Assembly: GCA_012520795.1 (NCBI GenBank)
Contig: JAAYNP010000072.1
Location: 7,074 to 71,073, forward strand
Reading direction: 5' to 3'
Origin: Bacillota bacterium
Lineage (GTDB): Bacteria; Bacillota; Limnochordia; Darwinibacteriales; DTU012
Length of the DNA: 64,000 nucleotides
The notes under the pieces are model-generated. The model was not told the origin of the DNA. It saw only the letters and a list, made by a program, of their open reading frames with translations, and did no database searches. The number at the start of each line of letters is the position of its first letter. Within the stretch, counting starts at the first letter, position 1. Both the position numbers and the translations under genes were made by a program. Positions 1-9,349 of the stretch are shown here, in pieces.

Positions 1-433
1 TAGTTGAGGTATGTGCCGCGGTTTCTGTCAACAGTTGATCGATCTTGCGGAACGGGCAATCAAAACCCCCCATGAACACTCGGCCGATCAGGTTAATAAC
101 CGCCACCTCTCTGGCTCCAACCTGCGCATAATAGATGGAGTGCCCGGGAACACCGGAAGGATGGTTTGCCGGGCGTAAAAGACGCGGCGTCAAATCAAGA
201 TAGGGGTAAATCTCCTTCTTGTCCCAGATATGATTGCCGCTTGTCAGCACGTCAATACCGAGGCCGAACAGCTCTTCCGCAACTTTCTCAGTCAGGCCGA
301 AGCCGCCGGCAGCATTTTCTCCATTGGCGATCACCAAATCGGGATTGTACTCCTGACGAATTACAGGCAGCATCTCTTTCACGATATCACGGCCGGGACG
401 GCCGCAAATGTCTCCCAGCAGCAATACTCTCAA
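1..433 (-). CDS. ymdB: YmdB-type metallophosphoesterase (2',3'-cyclic-nucleotide phosphodiesterase), N-terminal part; gene runs off the window
   Basis: Not in the ORF track because it runs off the edge. Reverse-strand translation from TTG at 433, preceded by GGAGGA, gives RVLLLGDICGRPGR..VIANGENAAGGFGLT..LTSGNHIWDKKE, the YmdB/TIGR00282 signature. It lies downstream of rny, as in Bacillus and Clostridia. Confidence 0.85.
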   Translation of the reverse strand, partial: MRVLLLGDICGRPGRDIVKEMLPVIRQEYNPDLVIANGENAAGGFGLTEKVAEELFGLGIDVLTSGNHIWDKKEIYPYLDLTPRLLRPANHPSGVPGHSIYYAQVGAREVAVINLIGRVFMGGFDCPFRKIDQLLTETAAHTST

Positions 434-453
434 GCAGATCCTCCTTTGTTTCA

Positions 454-966
454 TTATTGCTCCAGCTCTGTTGTTGGATATACGGTCAACCGGCCTTGGT
501 GCCAAAACCCGGTCAGTCCCTGCCTGGTACTGTCTGTCATTGCATCAGCAATCAAGTCGTCCAATTCATCAGGATAAATCATTTGGGGCCAATCCAACAG
601 CTCGTTGTCGATGATCGCGTCTCGAGGAAGCGCCTGATTGATTAATTCGATTATGATCGTCAAATCCTTTCTTAAAAACTGGTCCAAATCCCTTTCGATC
701 ACAATCTGGTCCATCGGGCCGTTGTGAATCAACTCAATCATAACCAGACTGTTCTTGGCTGCGATCAAATCGTGGACCTTTAAATGAGCATCAATCAATT
801 CGCGAATCCTCGCAAATTCTGTGTCGGTAATTTTCCTGACAAAGATCGCCAATCTAATCTGTCTGGTTGCGGGTTCGTATTTAATTTGCCCCACTTGATC
901 AAAATACAACAACAGCCCGATAATCAACTTGACATGCGGTAAACTGCTGTCCTCGATTGTTTTCAC
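454..966 (-). CDS. hypothetical acidic protein (170 aa, no Cys, no TM segment), between rny and ymdB
   Basis: Intact ORF that ends 20 nt before the ymdB start and is co-oriented with rny and ymdB. I recognise no family signature. Confidence 0.55.
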   Translation of the reverse strand: MKTIEDSSLPHVKLIIGLLLYFDQVGQIKYEPATRQIRLAIFVRKITDTEFARIRELIDAHLKVHDLIAAKNSLVMIELIHNGPMDQIVIERDLDQFLRKDLTIIIELINQALPRDAIIDNELLDWPQMIYPDELDDLIADAMTDSTRQGLTGFWHQGRLTVYPTTELEQ

Positions 967-1026
967 TTCTATTTGTCCCTTTCCTTATCCTCAGTCCTGT
1001 ATCAAACCTAACCACGGAATGATAAA

Positions 1027-1051
1027 TAAAGCCAGGCCGATGCACCTGGCT
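1027..1051 (-). terminator. hairpin immediately after the rny stop (AGCCAGG..CCTGGCT) with flanking T/A runs
   Basis: Inverted repeat agccaggccgatgcacctggct with a T-rich flank on the minus strand. Seen directly. Confidence 0.5.
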
Positions 1052-2602
1052 TTATTTTGCGTATTCAACAGCTCTTGTTTCACGGATTACTGTGACCTTG
1101 ATCTGTCCTGGATATTCGAGTTCGGACTCAATGCGTTTGACAATATCACGAGCCATTTTCGTGCAGGTGTAGTCATCGATGCGATCAGGTTTGACCATAA
1201 TCCTAATCTCGCGCCCTGCCTGAATCGCATATGATTTGTCGACTCCTTCAAAGCTGTTGGCTAGCTCCTCAAGCTTTTGCAGCCTCTTGATATATGTCTC
1301 CAGGCTCTCCCGCCGGGCACCTGGCCTGGCTGCGGAAATTGCATCCGCTGCAGCAACCAGGACCGCCTCCACTGTCTGAGGCTCAAAATCGCCATGATGG
1401 CAGGCCATGGCATGGATTACATCGTCATGCTCTTTGTATTTTCTCAAATGTTCCATGCCTATCTCAATATGGGTTCCTTCTACCTCATGATCTACCGCCT
1501 TGCCAATGTCGTGCAGCAATCCGGCACGCCTGGCAATCCTTGCATCAGCACCCAATTCTACAGCCATAAGCCCTGCCAGGTGAGCCACTTCCACAGAATG
1601 CTTCAGGACATTCTGGCCGTAACTGGTCCTGAACCTCAACCTGCCCAAAAGCTTGACCAATTCGAGATGGAGCCCATGGACATCTGCATCGAAAGTCGCC
1701 TGTTCCCCTGCGTCGCGAATGGCTGCATCCACTTCTTTGCGGGCTTTCTCCACCATTTCCTCGATCCTGGCCGGGTGAATCCGTCCATCGGCAATCAACT
1801 TCTCCAGTGCAATCCGGGCAATTTCCCTGCGAACCGGGTCAAAACCGGATAGAATCACTGCTTCCGGAGTGTCATCGATGATCAGATCAATACCCGTAAG
1901 TGTTTCCAAAGCCCTGATATTGCGGCCTTCGCGCCCAATTATCCTGCCCTTCATTTCATCGTTTGGCAGAGCGACTACTGAAACGGTGGCTTCTGCAACA
2001 TGATCGGCAGCGGTTCTCTGGATGGCTAAAGAAATAATGTTCCGGGCACGTTTCTCTGCCTCTTCTTTTGCCTGTGCCTCTATTTCTTTGATCATCATGG
2101 CTGTTTCATGTTTTACATCATCTTCTACCTGCTTGAGTATGATTGCCTTCGCCTCTTCAGCAGTAAGGCCCGAGAGACGCTCTAATTCAACCCGTTGTTT
2201 TTGCAGCATGTCAGTTACTTCCTGGCGTAACCTCTCAACCTCTTTCCTGCTCTGGTTCATGCTTTCTTCTCTGCGTTCCAGCATCTCACTCTTGCGATCA
2301 AGGCTTTCTTCTTTTTGCAGCAAGCGCCGTTCCAACTGCTGCAGTTCGCTTCTTCTGTCCCGGCTTTCACGCTCAACTTCGCTGCGCATCTTATAGATTT
2401 CGTCTTTAGCTTCTACTAATGTCTCTCTTTTTTTGGTTTCAGCCTCTTTTTGAGCTTCACTGATGATCCGTTTGGCTTCAGCTTCCGCCGACGAGATTTT
2501 CGCTTCAGCAATGGTCTTGCGGACCAAATATCCAATTGCACCTGCAATACACGCAATGATAACATACTTGACAATTTCTGCGAACGTTTCTATATCGTTC
2601 AC
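1052..2602 (-). CDS. rny: ribonuclease Y
   Basis: N-terminal TM helix, coiled-coil, KH motif [17 protein letters not shown] motif LLHDIGK, C-terminal [12 protein letters not shown]. 516 aa. Confidence 0.95.
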   Translation of the reverse strand: MNDIETFAEIVKYVIIACIAGAIGYLVRKTIAEAKISSAEAEAKRIISEAQKEAETKKRETLVEAKDEIYKMRSEVERESRDRRSELQQLERRLLQKEESLDRKSEMLERREESMNQSRKEVERLRQEVTDMLQKQRVELERLSGLTAEEAKAIILKQVEDDVKHETAMMIKEIEAQAKEEAEKRARNIISLAIQRTAADHVAEATVSVVALPNDEMKGRIIGREGRNIRALETLTGIDLIIDDTPEAVILSGFDPVRREIARIALEKLIADGRIHPARIEEMVEKARKEVDAAIRDAGEQATFDADVHGLHLELVKLLGRLRFRTSYGQNVLKHSVEVAHLAGLMAVELGADARIARRAGLLHDIGKAVDHEVEGTHIEIGMEHLRKYKEHDDVIHAMACHHGDFEPQTVEAVLVAAADAISAARPGARRESLETYIKRLQKLEELANSFEGVDKSYAIQAGREIRIMVKPDRIDDYTCTKMARDIVKRIESELEYPGQIKVTVIRETRAVEYAK

Positions 2603-2697
2603 CTCCTATTAGTGGCATGACTAGATAAAGCCGAGCACAAAACTCGGCCTTCAATAGCTTCAGACCTCATTTGGAAAATCGGAACCTCTGTTTTATT

Positions 2698-3216
2698 TTA
2701 GACCTTTTCCAAATCAGTGTCAAGTAAGGAATTAAACAAGGCCTCAAGCACCCTGGTGATAACATCCCAGCTAAACCCGCGCCGCTCCAATAAACCGCCA
2801 ATGCGCTGATATTGACGGTGAACCGGCAAATGCTGCAGTTTTGCCAATCTCGCTTTGGCTAGATCATAAGCCAAAGCATAATCCTGGCTTGGGGAATTGA
2901 TTACTGCATCAATCGTTTCGGGATCCACACCTTTTTGCTCCAGTTCGAACCGCAAACCACGAACTCCGGTCGGCCGAAACCGGTTGCGATAGTCAACAAA
3001 CAGCTCAGCTGTAAGCCGATCGTTCACATATCCGATTTCAATCAGCCACCGGATCGCCCATTCAACCTCCCGGGCCGGATAGTCCTCGCGAACAAGACGT
3101 TCTTTAAGCTCTTTTGCGGTGTAGTTCCGGGATGCCAACAATCTTAATGCCCGATCTCGACAGCTGATTTTGGCTTTAGTTCCGGGCTTTGTCTGTTTTG
3201 GTGGGTTGCTGCTCAT
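2698..3216 (-). CDS. recX: RecA regulator RecX
   Basis: [20 protein letters not shown] repeat-type RecX sequence, immediately downstream of recA. The start overlaps the recA 3' end by 41 nt. Confidence 0.8.
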   Translation of the reverse strand: MSSNPPKQTKPGTKAKISCRDRALRLLASRNYTAKELKERLVREDYPAREVEWAIRWLIEIGYVNDRLTAELFVDYRNRFRPTGVRGLRFELEQKGVDPETIDAVINSPSQDYALAYDLAKARLAKLQHLPVHRQYQRIGGLLERRGFSWDVITRVLEALFNSLLDTDLEKV

Positions 3217-4228
3217 CTGCTTGTCTCTCCGCCGGGAGCAGCCCGAAATGTGCCCTTACCTTAGTCTCGATCTCCTGGCACAGCTCCGGGTTTTGCTTAA
3301 GGAACTCTTTTGCATTCTCCCTGCCCTGGCCAATCCGCATATCCCCATATGAGTACCAGGCACCGCTTTTGCTGATGATGTCGATACCGGCGGCCAAATC
3401 TAAGACATCACCGACGTATGATATTCCCTCCCCATACATAATGTCGAATTCAGCCTCTTTGAACGGAGGAGCAACCTTGTTTTTCAGCACCCTGACTTTT
3501 GTGCGGTTCCCCACAAGCTCATTGCTTTGCTTAATCATTTCGACCCGGCGGATATCCAGCCTGATCGATGCATAAAACTTGAGTGCCCTTCCTCCCGGAG
3601 TTGTCTCAGGATTGCCAAACATGATTCCCACTTTTTCCCGAAGCTGATTGGTGAAAACAACTGTGGAGTTGGACTTGCTGATTGCTCCGGTAAGTTTCCG
3701 CAAGGCTTGTGACATCAAGCGGGCTTGAAGGCCGACGTGGGCATCGCCCATCTCCCCTTCTATCTCTGCTCTAGGCACCAGGGCTGCCACCGAATCGATG
3801 ACGATCACGTCCACCGCGCCGCTCCGTACCAGATGTTCTGCGATCTCCAGCGCTTGTTCTGCGTGGTCTGGCTGAGAAATGAGAAGATTGTCAATATCAA
3901 CGCCCAGTTTTCTGGCATACACCGGATCGAGGGCATGCTCGGCATCAATCATGGCTGCCACTCCACCCATCTTTTGGGCTTCTGCCATGATGTGCAAAGC
4001 GAGAGTGGTCTTCCCAGAGCTTTCAGGCCCATAGATTTCAATAACCCTGCCCCGGGGGATTCCCCCGATGCCAAGCGCTATATCAAGGCCGAGCGACCCA
4101 GTAGGGATCACTTCGATATTCGTTTTTGAGGCAGCTTCACCCAACTTCATGATCGAGCCTTTACCAAACTGCTTTTCGATCTGGTTAATCGCTGTATCCA
4201 AAGCCCTTTTCCGATCATCATTAACCAT
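3176..4228 (-). CDS. recA: recombinase RecA
   Basis: [30 protein letters not shown], Walker [12 protein letters not shown] take the start at internal Met41 of the tracked ORF (ATG at 4228); the upstream extension has no homology-like sequence. Confidence 0.95.
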   Translation of the reverse strand: MVNDDRKRALDTAINQIEKQFGKGSIMKLGEAASKTNIEVIPTGSLGLDIALGIGGIPRGRVIEIYGPESSGKTTLALHIMAEAQKMGGVAAMIDAEHALDPVYARKLGVDIDNLLISQPDHAEQALEIAEHLVRSGAVDVIVIDSVAALVPRAEIEGEMGDAHVGLQARLMSQALRKLTGAISKSNSTVVFTNQLREKVGIMFGNPETTPGGRALKFYASIRLDIRRVEMIKQSNELVGNRTKVRVLKNKVAPPFKEAEFDIMYGEGISYVGDVLDLAAGIDIISKSGAWYSYGDMRIGQGRENAKEFLKQNPELCQEIETKVRAHFGLLPAERQADEQQPTKTDKARN

Positions 4229-4349
4229 GGTATTCACTCCCGTTAACATAATTGGAAACCTGCGTCCCCTCAAGGCAAATAAAAAAAAGAAAGCAGCTGG
4301 CAAATCCCTGTATGATGAATCCTGCTGAAGAACAGCATACTTCTCCATA

Positions 4350-5837
4350 CTAGCCTGATATCTGCCTACTGTTTTCGACGTTTTCTCCTTGATTCCTTCT
4401 AGGAGAGGTGATGAATGTCCGCTCCAGCGAAAAACTCTGCTGCAGGCTCTGCACTTGAATGCTGTCTACAGCAGCCAGTACAAACCGGTCCGATCCCGGG
4501 TCCCGAGTAAAGTACAATACAGAAAGACTGAACGGAACAACATGGCTCCCCTGGATACCCCTGATCCCGGCGGCTCCAGTGGTACCGGCATTGACATACA
4601 CCGTATCCCCGATCTGGCTGATTGACTGCACGTGGTTGTGCCCGTACAAGACCACAGGAAAAATCCCCGGCTCAATTTGGGTGGCAATCCGGTGATTGTG
4701 TACTGCAAAGATATCGATTCCATGTTGTTTACTGCCATAGAGCTCATTAATCTGGGAAGCATACCGGCTTAACTCAGCAATTGAAACATTCTCAGGTGAA
4801 TAGCTTTCTGCTGATGGATCAGGCACTCCCGCAACCGTGATTCCCATCACCTCCACTGGATCAGGCCCGAGCAGCAGCACATTACCGGTTTGCTCCAGCC
4901 TTGCCAGAACATCTGGAGCTTCATGATTCCCCGCTGCAAAAAGATAGGTCACACCGAGTTGCTCAATCTGGCTGACAATTTCCGCCTCCAGAGGTGTACC
5001 CCAATCAGTAAGATCACCGGTGTCGATGATCACGTCAATTGGAAAGGTGGCCACAACCTGACCGATGAAATCATAGGCAACTGGATGATTGTGGATGTCG
5101 GAAACATGGAGAATGTTGAGATCAGAGGTCAGCACACCAACATTTTTGAGGTTTTCTATTTGATTGAATACAGTGTACAGATTGGCAGCCAGACTTTGAA
5201 TCTGGTCACCTAATTGGTCCACCTTCACCAAACCTTCTTGAATTAAACCGATCATCCAAGGGGCGGCTTCAATAATCCCGTGATACTGGGGGTTGGCAAA
5301 TGCCTGGAGATCATAGCCGAAATAGGTCGCGGCAATCACTGCCAGTATAAAACCACAGCCCAACAAAAAACCAGATGCCAGCAGCATCCGGTGCCGCTGC
5401 CCGCCCAGGTACATCCCTAACAGCCCACCGCTTCCGCCAATCAAAACCAGCTTGATAATCACAGCCCCAATCACACGGTTGACTTCAGCCCCGAAATACT
5501 GTGCCAAGTCCTGCTGCGAGTTTAAATCGGAAATCGAGGCAATTGTGCGCAGCTGCTCCAGATCAATGTTGTCCAGAGTCAGAACCAACTGCAGCGGCTG
5601 ATAGCGATGGGTTCTTGCGCTAATGTTACCTATAGGGGGTATTCTAATCATTGTATATCCTGGATAACTGATTTTTGCATCCAGAACAAGTTCAACTGGT
5701 TCAATTGTAAGCCTCAATACCCCTACCAGGTTTAGAGCAAGGGCCGCTCCGATAATCGCGTACAAAAAGGGCAGATAACGTTGTCGGGCCTTGTACAGAC
5801 GTTGTCGAGCCGCGGTGGCCTTTGGCTGTTGGGCCAT
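4350..5837 (-). CDS. membrane-anchored calcineurin-like metallophosphoesterase
   Basis: N-terminal half has several hydrophobic helices. C-terminal half carries the phosphoesterase motifs [23 protein letters not shown]. Confidence 0.7.
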   Translation of the reverse strand: MAQQPKATAARQRLYKARQRYLPFLYAIIGAALALNLVGVLRLTIEPVELVLDAKISYPGYTMIRIPPIGNISARTHRYQPLQLVLTLDNIDLEQLRTIASISDLNSQQDLAQYFGAEVNRVIGAVIIKLVLIGGSGGLLGMYLGGQRHRMLLASGFLLGCGFILAVIAATYFGYDLQAFANPQYHGIIEAAPWMIGLIQEGLVKVDQLGDQIQSLAANLYTVFNQIENLKNVGVLTSDLNILHVSDIHNHPVAYDFIGQVVATFPIDVIIDTGDLTDWGTPLEAEIVSQIEQLGVTYLFAAGNHEAPDVLARLEQTGNVLLLGPDPVEVMGITVAGVPDPSAESYSPENVSIAELSRYASQINELYGSKQHGIDIFAVHNHRIATQIEPGIFPVVLYGHNHVQSISQIGDTVYVNAGTTGAAGIRGIQGSHVVPFSLSVLYFTRDPGSDRFVLAAVDSIQVQSLQQSFSLERTFITSPRRNQGENVENSRQISG

Positions 5838-5847
5838 GGTGTTCCCC

Positions 5848-7113
5848 CTAATCCTGGAACTGCTCGGATTGCATGATTTCTTGCCGCAAAAGATTCAGAG
5901 CCGCTTGAGAGGTCAAATACTTAATTTCAGTCCGTGTGCCGTTGAAGTAAAACTGTCTCGCCTTAGTATTGCCTTTTGACGCAACTGCCATGTGCACAAG
6001 CCCCACAGGTTTCTCCTTTGTCCCCCCTGCCGGCCCGGCGATTCCTGTTACAGCCAGGCTCCAATCTGCACCTGATCTTGCCCGGGCGCCTTCAGCCAGC
6101 GCCGCAGCTACCTCGCTGCTGACTGCCCCAAAACGCTCGATTAGATCCGGATCGACCCCCAACAGTTCAGTTTTTGCCCGATTGCTGTAAGTTGTATAAC
6201 CGCATTCAAAGTAATCAGAACTCCCGGAAACATCAGTAATCCGGCTGGCAATCAACCCACCGGTGCAGGATTCGGCGACAGCAAGTGTTTCTCGCCTTTT
6301 CCTCAGAATTGACCCAACGGCCGATTCCAAGGTTTCCTGATCAGCACCATAGTAGTAAGGAGTCAATCGTTCGATCAAACGTTTCTCAACCGGCCTGATG
6401 AGCTCCAAAGCCTGTTCTAGTGAATCAGCCTTTGCTGTGAGGCGCAGTTTCACCTCCCCCAGTGAAGCATAGGGTGCAATAGTGGGGTTGGATTGATTAA
6501 CCAGTTCGTCATGGACCAGTTCAGCCAACTGCGATTCACCAATCCCCGTAAATTTCAGTGTCCGTGATACCAGCGTTTTCTTTGCTGTGATTCTTTGGGA
6601 TAAATAAGGTGCTACATGGGCTGCAAACATCCCCTGTAATTCCCGGGGTACCCCAGGCAGCGCAATTATGGCCTTGTCCTGGATGGTGACGATCATTCCC
6701 GGCGCTGTTCCCCAGTGATTGGCGATTATTTGGGCACCGCTGGGGAAATAGGCCTGCCTCCGGTTGTTCTCGCTCATTGTCCGGTTAGCCTTGCGAAAAT
6801 AGGCTTCGATCATTTCCATTGCTTCGTTGTTAAGCTCCAAAGGCCGATTGGCCACAGCGGAAACTGCCTCCCTGGTCAGATCATCCAAGGTCGGACCCAA
6901 GCCGCCGCTGGCTATCACCAAATCAGACCTGGAGAGAGCTTGTGTCATTACCTCAAGAATCCGTATCCAGTTGTCGCCAACCGTGGACTTGTAATACAGA
7001 TCAATCCCCAAGGCAGCCAGCTGCTGTGCCAGAAATGCTGCATTGGTATCAACTGTCTGCCCCAACAATAACTCGGTGCCAATCATCACTAACTCTGCCT
7101 TCATAGTATCCAC
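5848..7113 (-). CDS. cinA: competence/damage-inducible protein CinA (MoCF-like plus nicotinamide-nucleotide amidase domains)
   Basis: MKAELVMIGTELLLGQTVDTNAAFLAQ N-terminus, C-terminal PncC-like AESCTGG motif. Sits in the pgsA-cinA-recA neighbourhood. Confidence 0.9.
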   Translation of the reverse strand: MDTMKAELVMIGTELLLGQTVDTNAAFLAQQLAALGIDLYYKSTVGDNWIRILEVMTQALSRSDLVIASGGLGPTLDDLTREAVSAVANRPLELNNEAMEMIEAYFRKANRTMSENNRRQAYFPSGAQIIANHWGTAPGMIVTIQDKAIIALPGVPRELQGMFAAHVAPYLSQRITAKKTLVSRTLKFTGIGESQLAELVHDELVNQSNPTIAPYASLGEVKLRLTAKADSLEQALELIRPVEKRLIERLTPYYYGADQETLESAVGSILRKRRETLAVAESCTGGLIASRITDVSGSSDYFECGYTTYSNRAKTELLGVDPDLIERFGAVSSEVAAALAEGARARSGADWSLAVTGIAGPAGGTKEKPVGLVHMAVASKGNTKARQFYFNGTRTEIKYLTSQAALNLLRQEIMQSEQFQD

Positions 7114-7122
7114 CTAACCTCT

Positions 7123-7150
7123 TTGCAAAATTTCTGATTTATGTTACAAT
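7123..7150 (+). promoter_or_regulatory. candidate sigma-A promoter (TTGCAA, 16 nt spacer, TGtTACAAT extended -10)
   Basis: TTGCAA at 7123-7128 and TACAAT at 7145-7150 preceded by TG. It lies about 37 nt upstream of the lipoprotein start. Confidence 0.5.
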
Positions 7151-7186
7151 TGTAGTACCCAGGGAGACGGCAGGGAGGTAAAAACA

Positions 7187-8161
7187 TTGAAAAAACCAAC
7201 CGGCAGACTGCCGCATCTACTGATGGCTGTCTTAGCGATTTTGGTCTCTCTGGCCGGGTGCGGCCCCACAACGGGAGTTGAAGGAATACTTGCCTTTTCT
7301 GCCATGGACATCCCTCAATCTGAAGGCAAAAACTGGGTTGCCCATATTGTCTGCTCCCGGGGCAAGCATCAAATCACTCAAAGCTTCCCCGTATCCGATA
7401 CTGCCTTGGCAGCCGAATTCACCATTCCCGTCGGCACCTGGGACGTTGCCTTGGAGTTGGCCGATGGTTCCGGCAAAGTTGCCTATCGGGATTTGGTAAC
7501 AGGCGTGGTTATCTATCCCGAAACCCCGGCGGTAATCAACTTCCAGCTAAAGCCGGCACACGGGACCATCAAAGTGATTGTTGACCTTGAGGGGCATCCC
7601 CATGCTGATCATATCATGCGGGCACGGGTACACTTCAACGATCAATATAAAGAGCTCATCCGCAGCTCAGTTCATGACTTTCTTGAAGGCGAATACGAGA
7701 TTGCAGCCGGAAGTTACGACTTCAACGTTGAGCTTTTTACAGAATCATTCCGCATCGGCGACAAAATCGATCTGGGGCTCTGGACCACCATTGATATTGA
7801 ACCACTTAGCGAGCAGACAGTAATCTGGCATCCCAAGCTGGAACAGATGACTATCACGGCTCAGATCTGCCTGCTTCCTGAAGCCCCAAAGAATCTCACC
7901 GGGAAGTATCAACAGGGGCAGTCAGTCTTGGCCTGGGAGCCGGCACCCGCGGCAGACCTGGAAGGTTACAATATTTACTGGAAGCCTTCCCCATTCCATC
8001 CCTACAGCCTGATCGCAACGGTTGACCGGTACACTACCACGTATTCTCATAACTTGAGCGAACTTGCAGAACTGCCCTCGCAGGCTTACTATACGGTAGC
8101 GCCCTTCTCCTTGGTCCTAGAAGGCTACCGCAGTTCACCAGTCCTGATCCCCTTTCTTTAA
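7187..8161 (+). CDS. lipoprotein with C-terminal fibronectin-III-like domain
   Basis: TTG start after AGGGAGG. Signal peptide with lipobox LAGC. The C-terminal segment PEAPKNLTG..LAWEP..GYNIYW is FN3-like. Confidence 0.6.
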   Translation: MKKPTGRLPHLLMAVLAILVSLAGCGPTTGVEGILAFSAMDIPQSEGKNWVAHIVCSRGKHQITQSFPVSDTALAAEFTIPVGTWDVALELADGSGKVAYRDLVTGVVIYPETPAVINFQLKPAHGTIKVIVDLEGHPHADHIMRARVHFNDQYKELIRSSVHDFLEGEYEIAAGSYDFNVELFTESFRIGDKIDLGLWTTIDIEPLSEQTVIWHPKLEQMTITAQICLLPEAPKNLTGKYQQGQSVLAWEPAPAADLEGYNIYWKPSPFHPYSLIATVDRYTTTYSHNLSELAELPSQAYYTVAPFSLVLEGYRSSPVLIPFL

Positions 8162-8190
8162 AGAATCGGAAGCTTAGCTTCCGATTCTGC
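8161..8190. terminator. perfect 12-bp-stem hairpin between convergent genes
   Basis: agaatcggaagc-tta-gcttccgattct. The T-tracts are weak, so it may act as a bidirectional terminator or stabiliser. Confidence 0.45.
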
Positions 8191-8282
8191 CTGTACCACT
8201 GATGATCTCTGCGGCTCATCTTATCTGTATTCCTGTTTGCTTATTCGGGTTTAGGATGCCGGATCCTGCAGCCGCATCTTTG

Positions 8283-8690
8283 CTATTTTAAGCACAAATA
8301 TGTATAAGTGATGCCGAAAACTGCCCCAACAAGAACCTCAAAAGGAGTATGCCCGAGAAGTTCCCTTAACCGCTGCGGATGGAAATCTTTCTTGTAGATA
8401 TCATTGATAATGCGGTTGAGAACCATGGCTTGTTTTCCTGCCGCCCTCCGGACTCCTGCCGCATCATACATCACCACAAGGGCAAATGCCGCCGCAAGTG
8501 CAAAAATTGCAGTGTCAAACCCCTCTATCAAGCCAACTCCTGTGGCCAATGCCGTCACAAAGGTAGCATGGGAGCTTGGCATCCCTCCGGTACCTACCAG
8601 CCGGCGAAAATTCAACCTCTTCTCGTTCACGGCAAAGATCACGGTTTTGACAAGTTGGGCGATTGCCCAGGCAACTACCGCGGTAATCAA
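8283..8690 (-). CDS. divergent PAP2 / YuiD-like membrane protein (DUF212)
   Basis: AWAIAQLVKTVIF...GGMPSSHATFVTALAT matches the acid phosphatase/vanadium-haloperoxidase-related YuiD family. TTG start; no canonical start lies further upstream in frame. Confidence 0.7.
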   Translation of the reverse strand: MITAVVAWAIAQLVKTVIFAVNEKRLNFRRLVGTGGMPSSHATFVTALATGVGLIEGFDTAIFALAAAFALVVMYDAAGVRRAAGKQAMVLNRIINDIYKKDFHPQRLRELLGHTPFEVLVGAVFGITYTYLCLK

Positions 8691-8828
8691 GACAGAATTG
8701 CCGCCAATCCGGCTTAGTCCGTCGATGGTTATCGCCTCCTTCGCATAAATCTGTATGAATCAAAGTCCCATTCGCTGAATACGATTATACATGCATATCA
8801 AGGGGGGATTACTCTGAGTTCCGCATGG

Positions 8829-9260
8829 TTGTTGCTGGGAATTTTCATAATCGGAGTTGTCGGCCACAACAAAATATTGGCAGCCGCCAGCGGTATCGTG
8901 TTAATTATCGGGCTTCTGGATTTGCACCGGTTTTACTCCCTTTTGGAAAGGCGTGGGATTGAGGCCGGCCTTTTGTTTTTGACAACTGCGGTGCTCGTGC
9001 CCTTTGCCACCGGCAAAGTCTCTTCCGGAATGCTCCGGGACACCATAACTTCATCTGCAGGCCTGGCAGCCGTCATTGGCGGCTTAACCGGAGCTTATCT
9101 CAATGCCCAGGGTCTCGACATGATCCATCACAAGCCGGAAATAATTCCTGGAATCCTAATTGGGGTGATCATTTCTGTAACCTTTCTCGGCGGTGTATCC
9201 GTAGGGCCAGTGATGGCAGCCGGGATCACTGCAGTTATTATGTCGCTTTTTCAATCCTAA
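8829..9260 (+). CDS. UPF0756/DUF441 family membrane protein
   Basis: Small, four-helix, Gly-rich membrane protein (GHNKILAAASGIVLIIGLL...). The start is uncertain: the RBS-like AAGGGGGG at 8800-8807 is far from the TTG at 8829. Confidence 0.55.
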   Translation: MLLGIFIIGVVGHNKILAAASGIVLIIGLLDLHRFYSLLERRGIEAGLLFLTTAVLVPFATGKVSSGMLRDTITSSAGLAAVIGGLTGAYLNAQGLDMIHHKPEIIPGILIGVIISVTFLGGVSVGPVMAAGITAVIMSLFQS

Positions 9261-9349
9261 ACTGCACAATATTTCACTAATCTATCATAACCGACTCACC
9301 ATCAATCGTCAACCGGAGAAAATCCAACCTGTACAGCCGGAAACTGCCC

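Noticed and set aside
166-645. Plus-strand ORFs 166-645, 230-577 and 408-614
   Set aside because: They lie opposite the clear ymdB reading frame (1-433, minus strand) and the 454-966 ORF. Their translations are Arg/Ser/Pro/Cys-rich noise with no RBS.
3176-4348. N-terminally extended versions of tracked ORFs: recA 4348, UPF0182 21188, ylmC 25484, spoIIR 26234, ftsZ 30031, nif3 42728, fhs 49313, porin 51861, sigA 53737, dgt 56526, ppdK 59279
   Set aside because: In each case an internal Met with a good Shine-Dalgarno sequence coincides with the conserved family N-terminus. The extensions have no homology-like sequence and often overlap the upstream gene.
4229-4349. LexA/Cheo box upstream of recA
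   Set aside because: There is no GAAC-N4-GTTC. The nearest candidate (GAAGTATGCTGTTC) has the wrong spacing.
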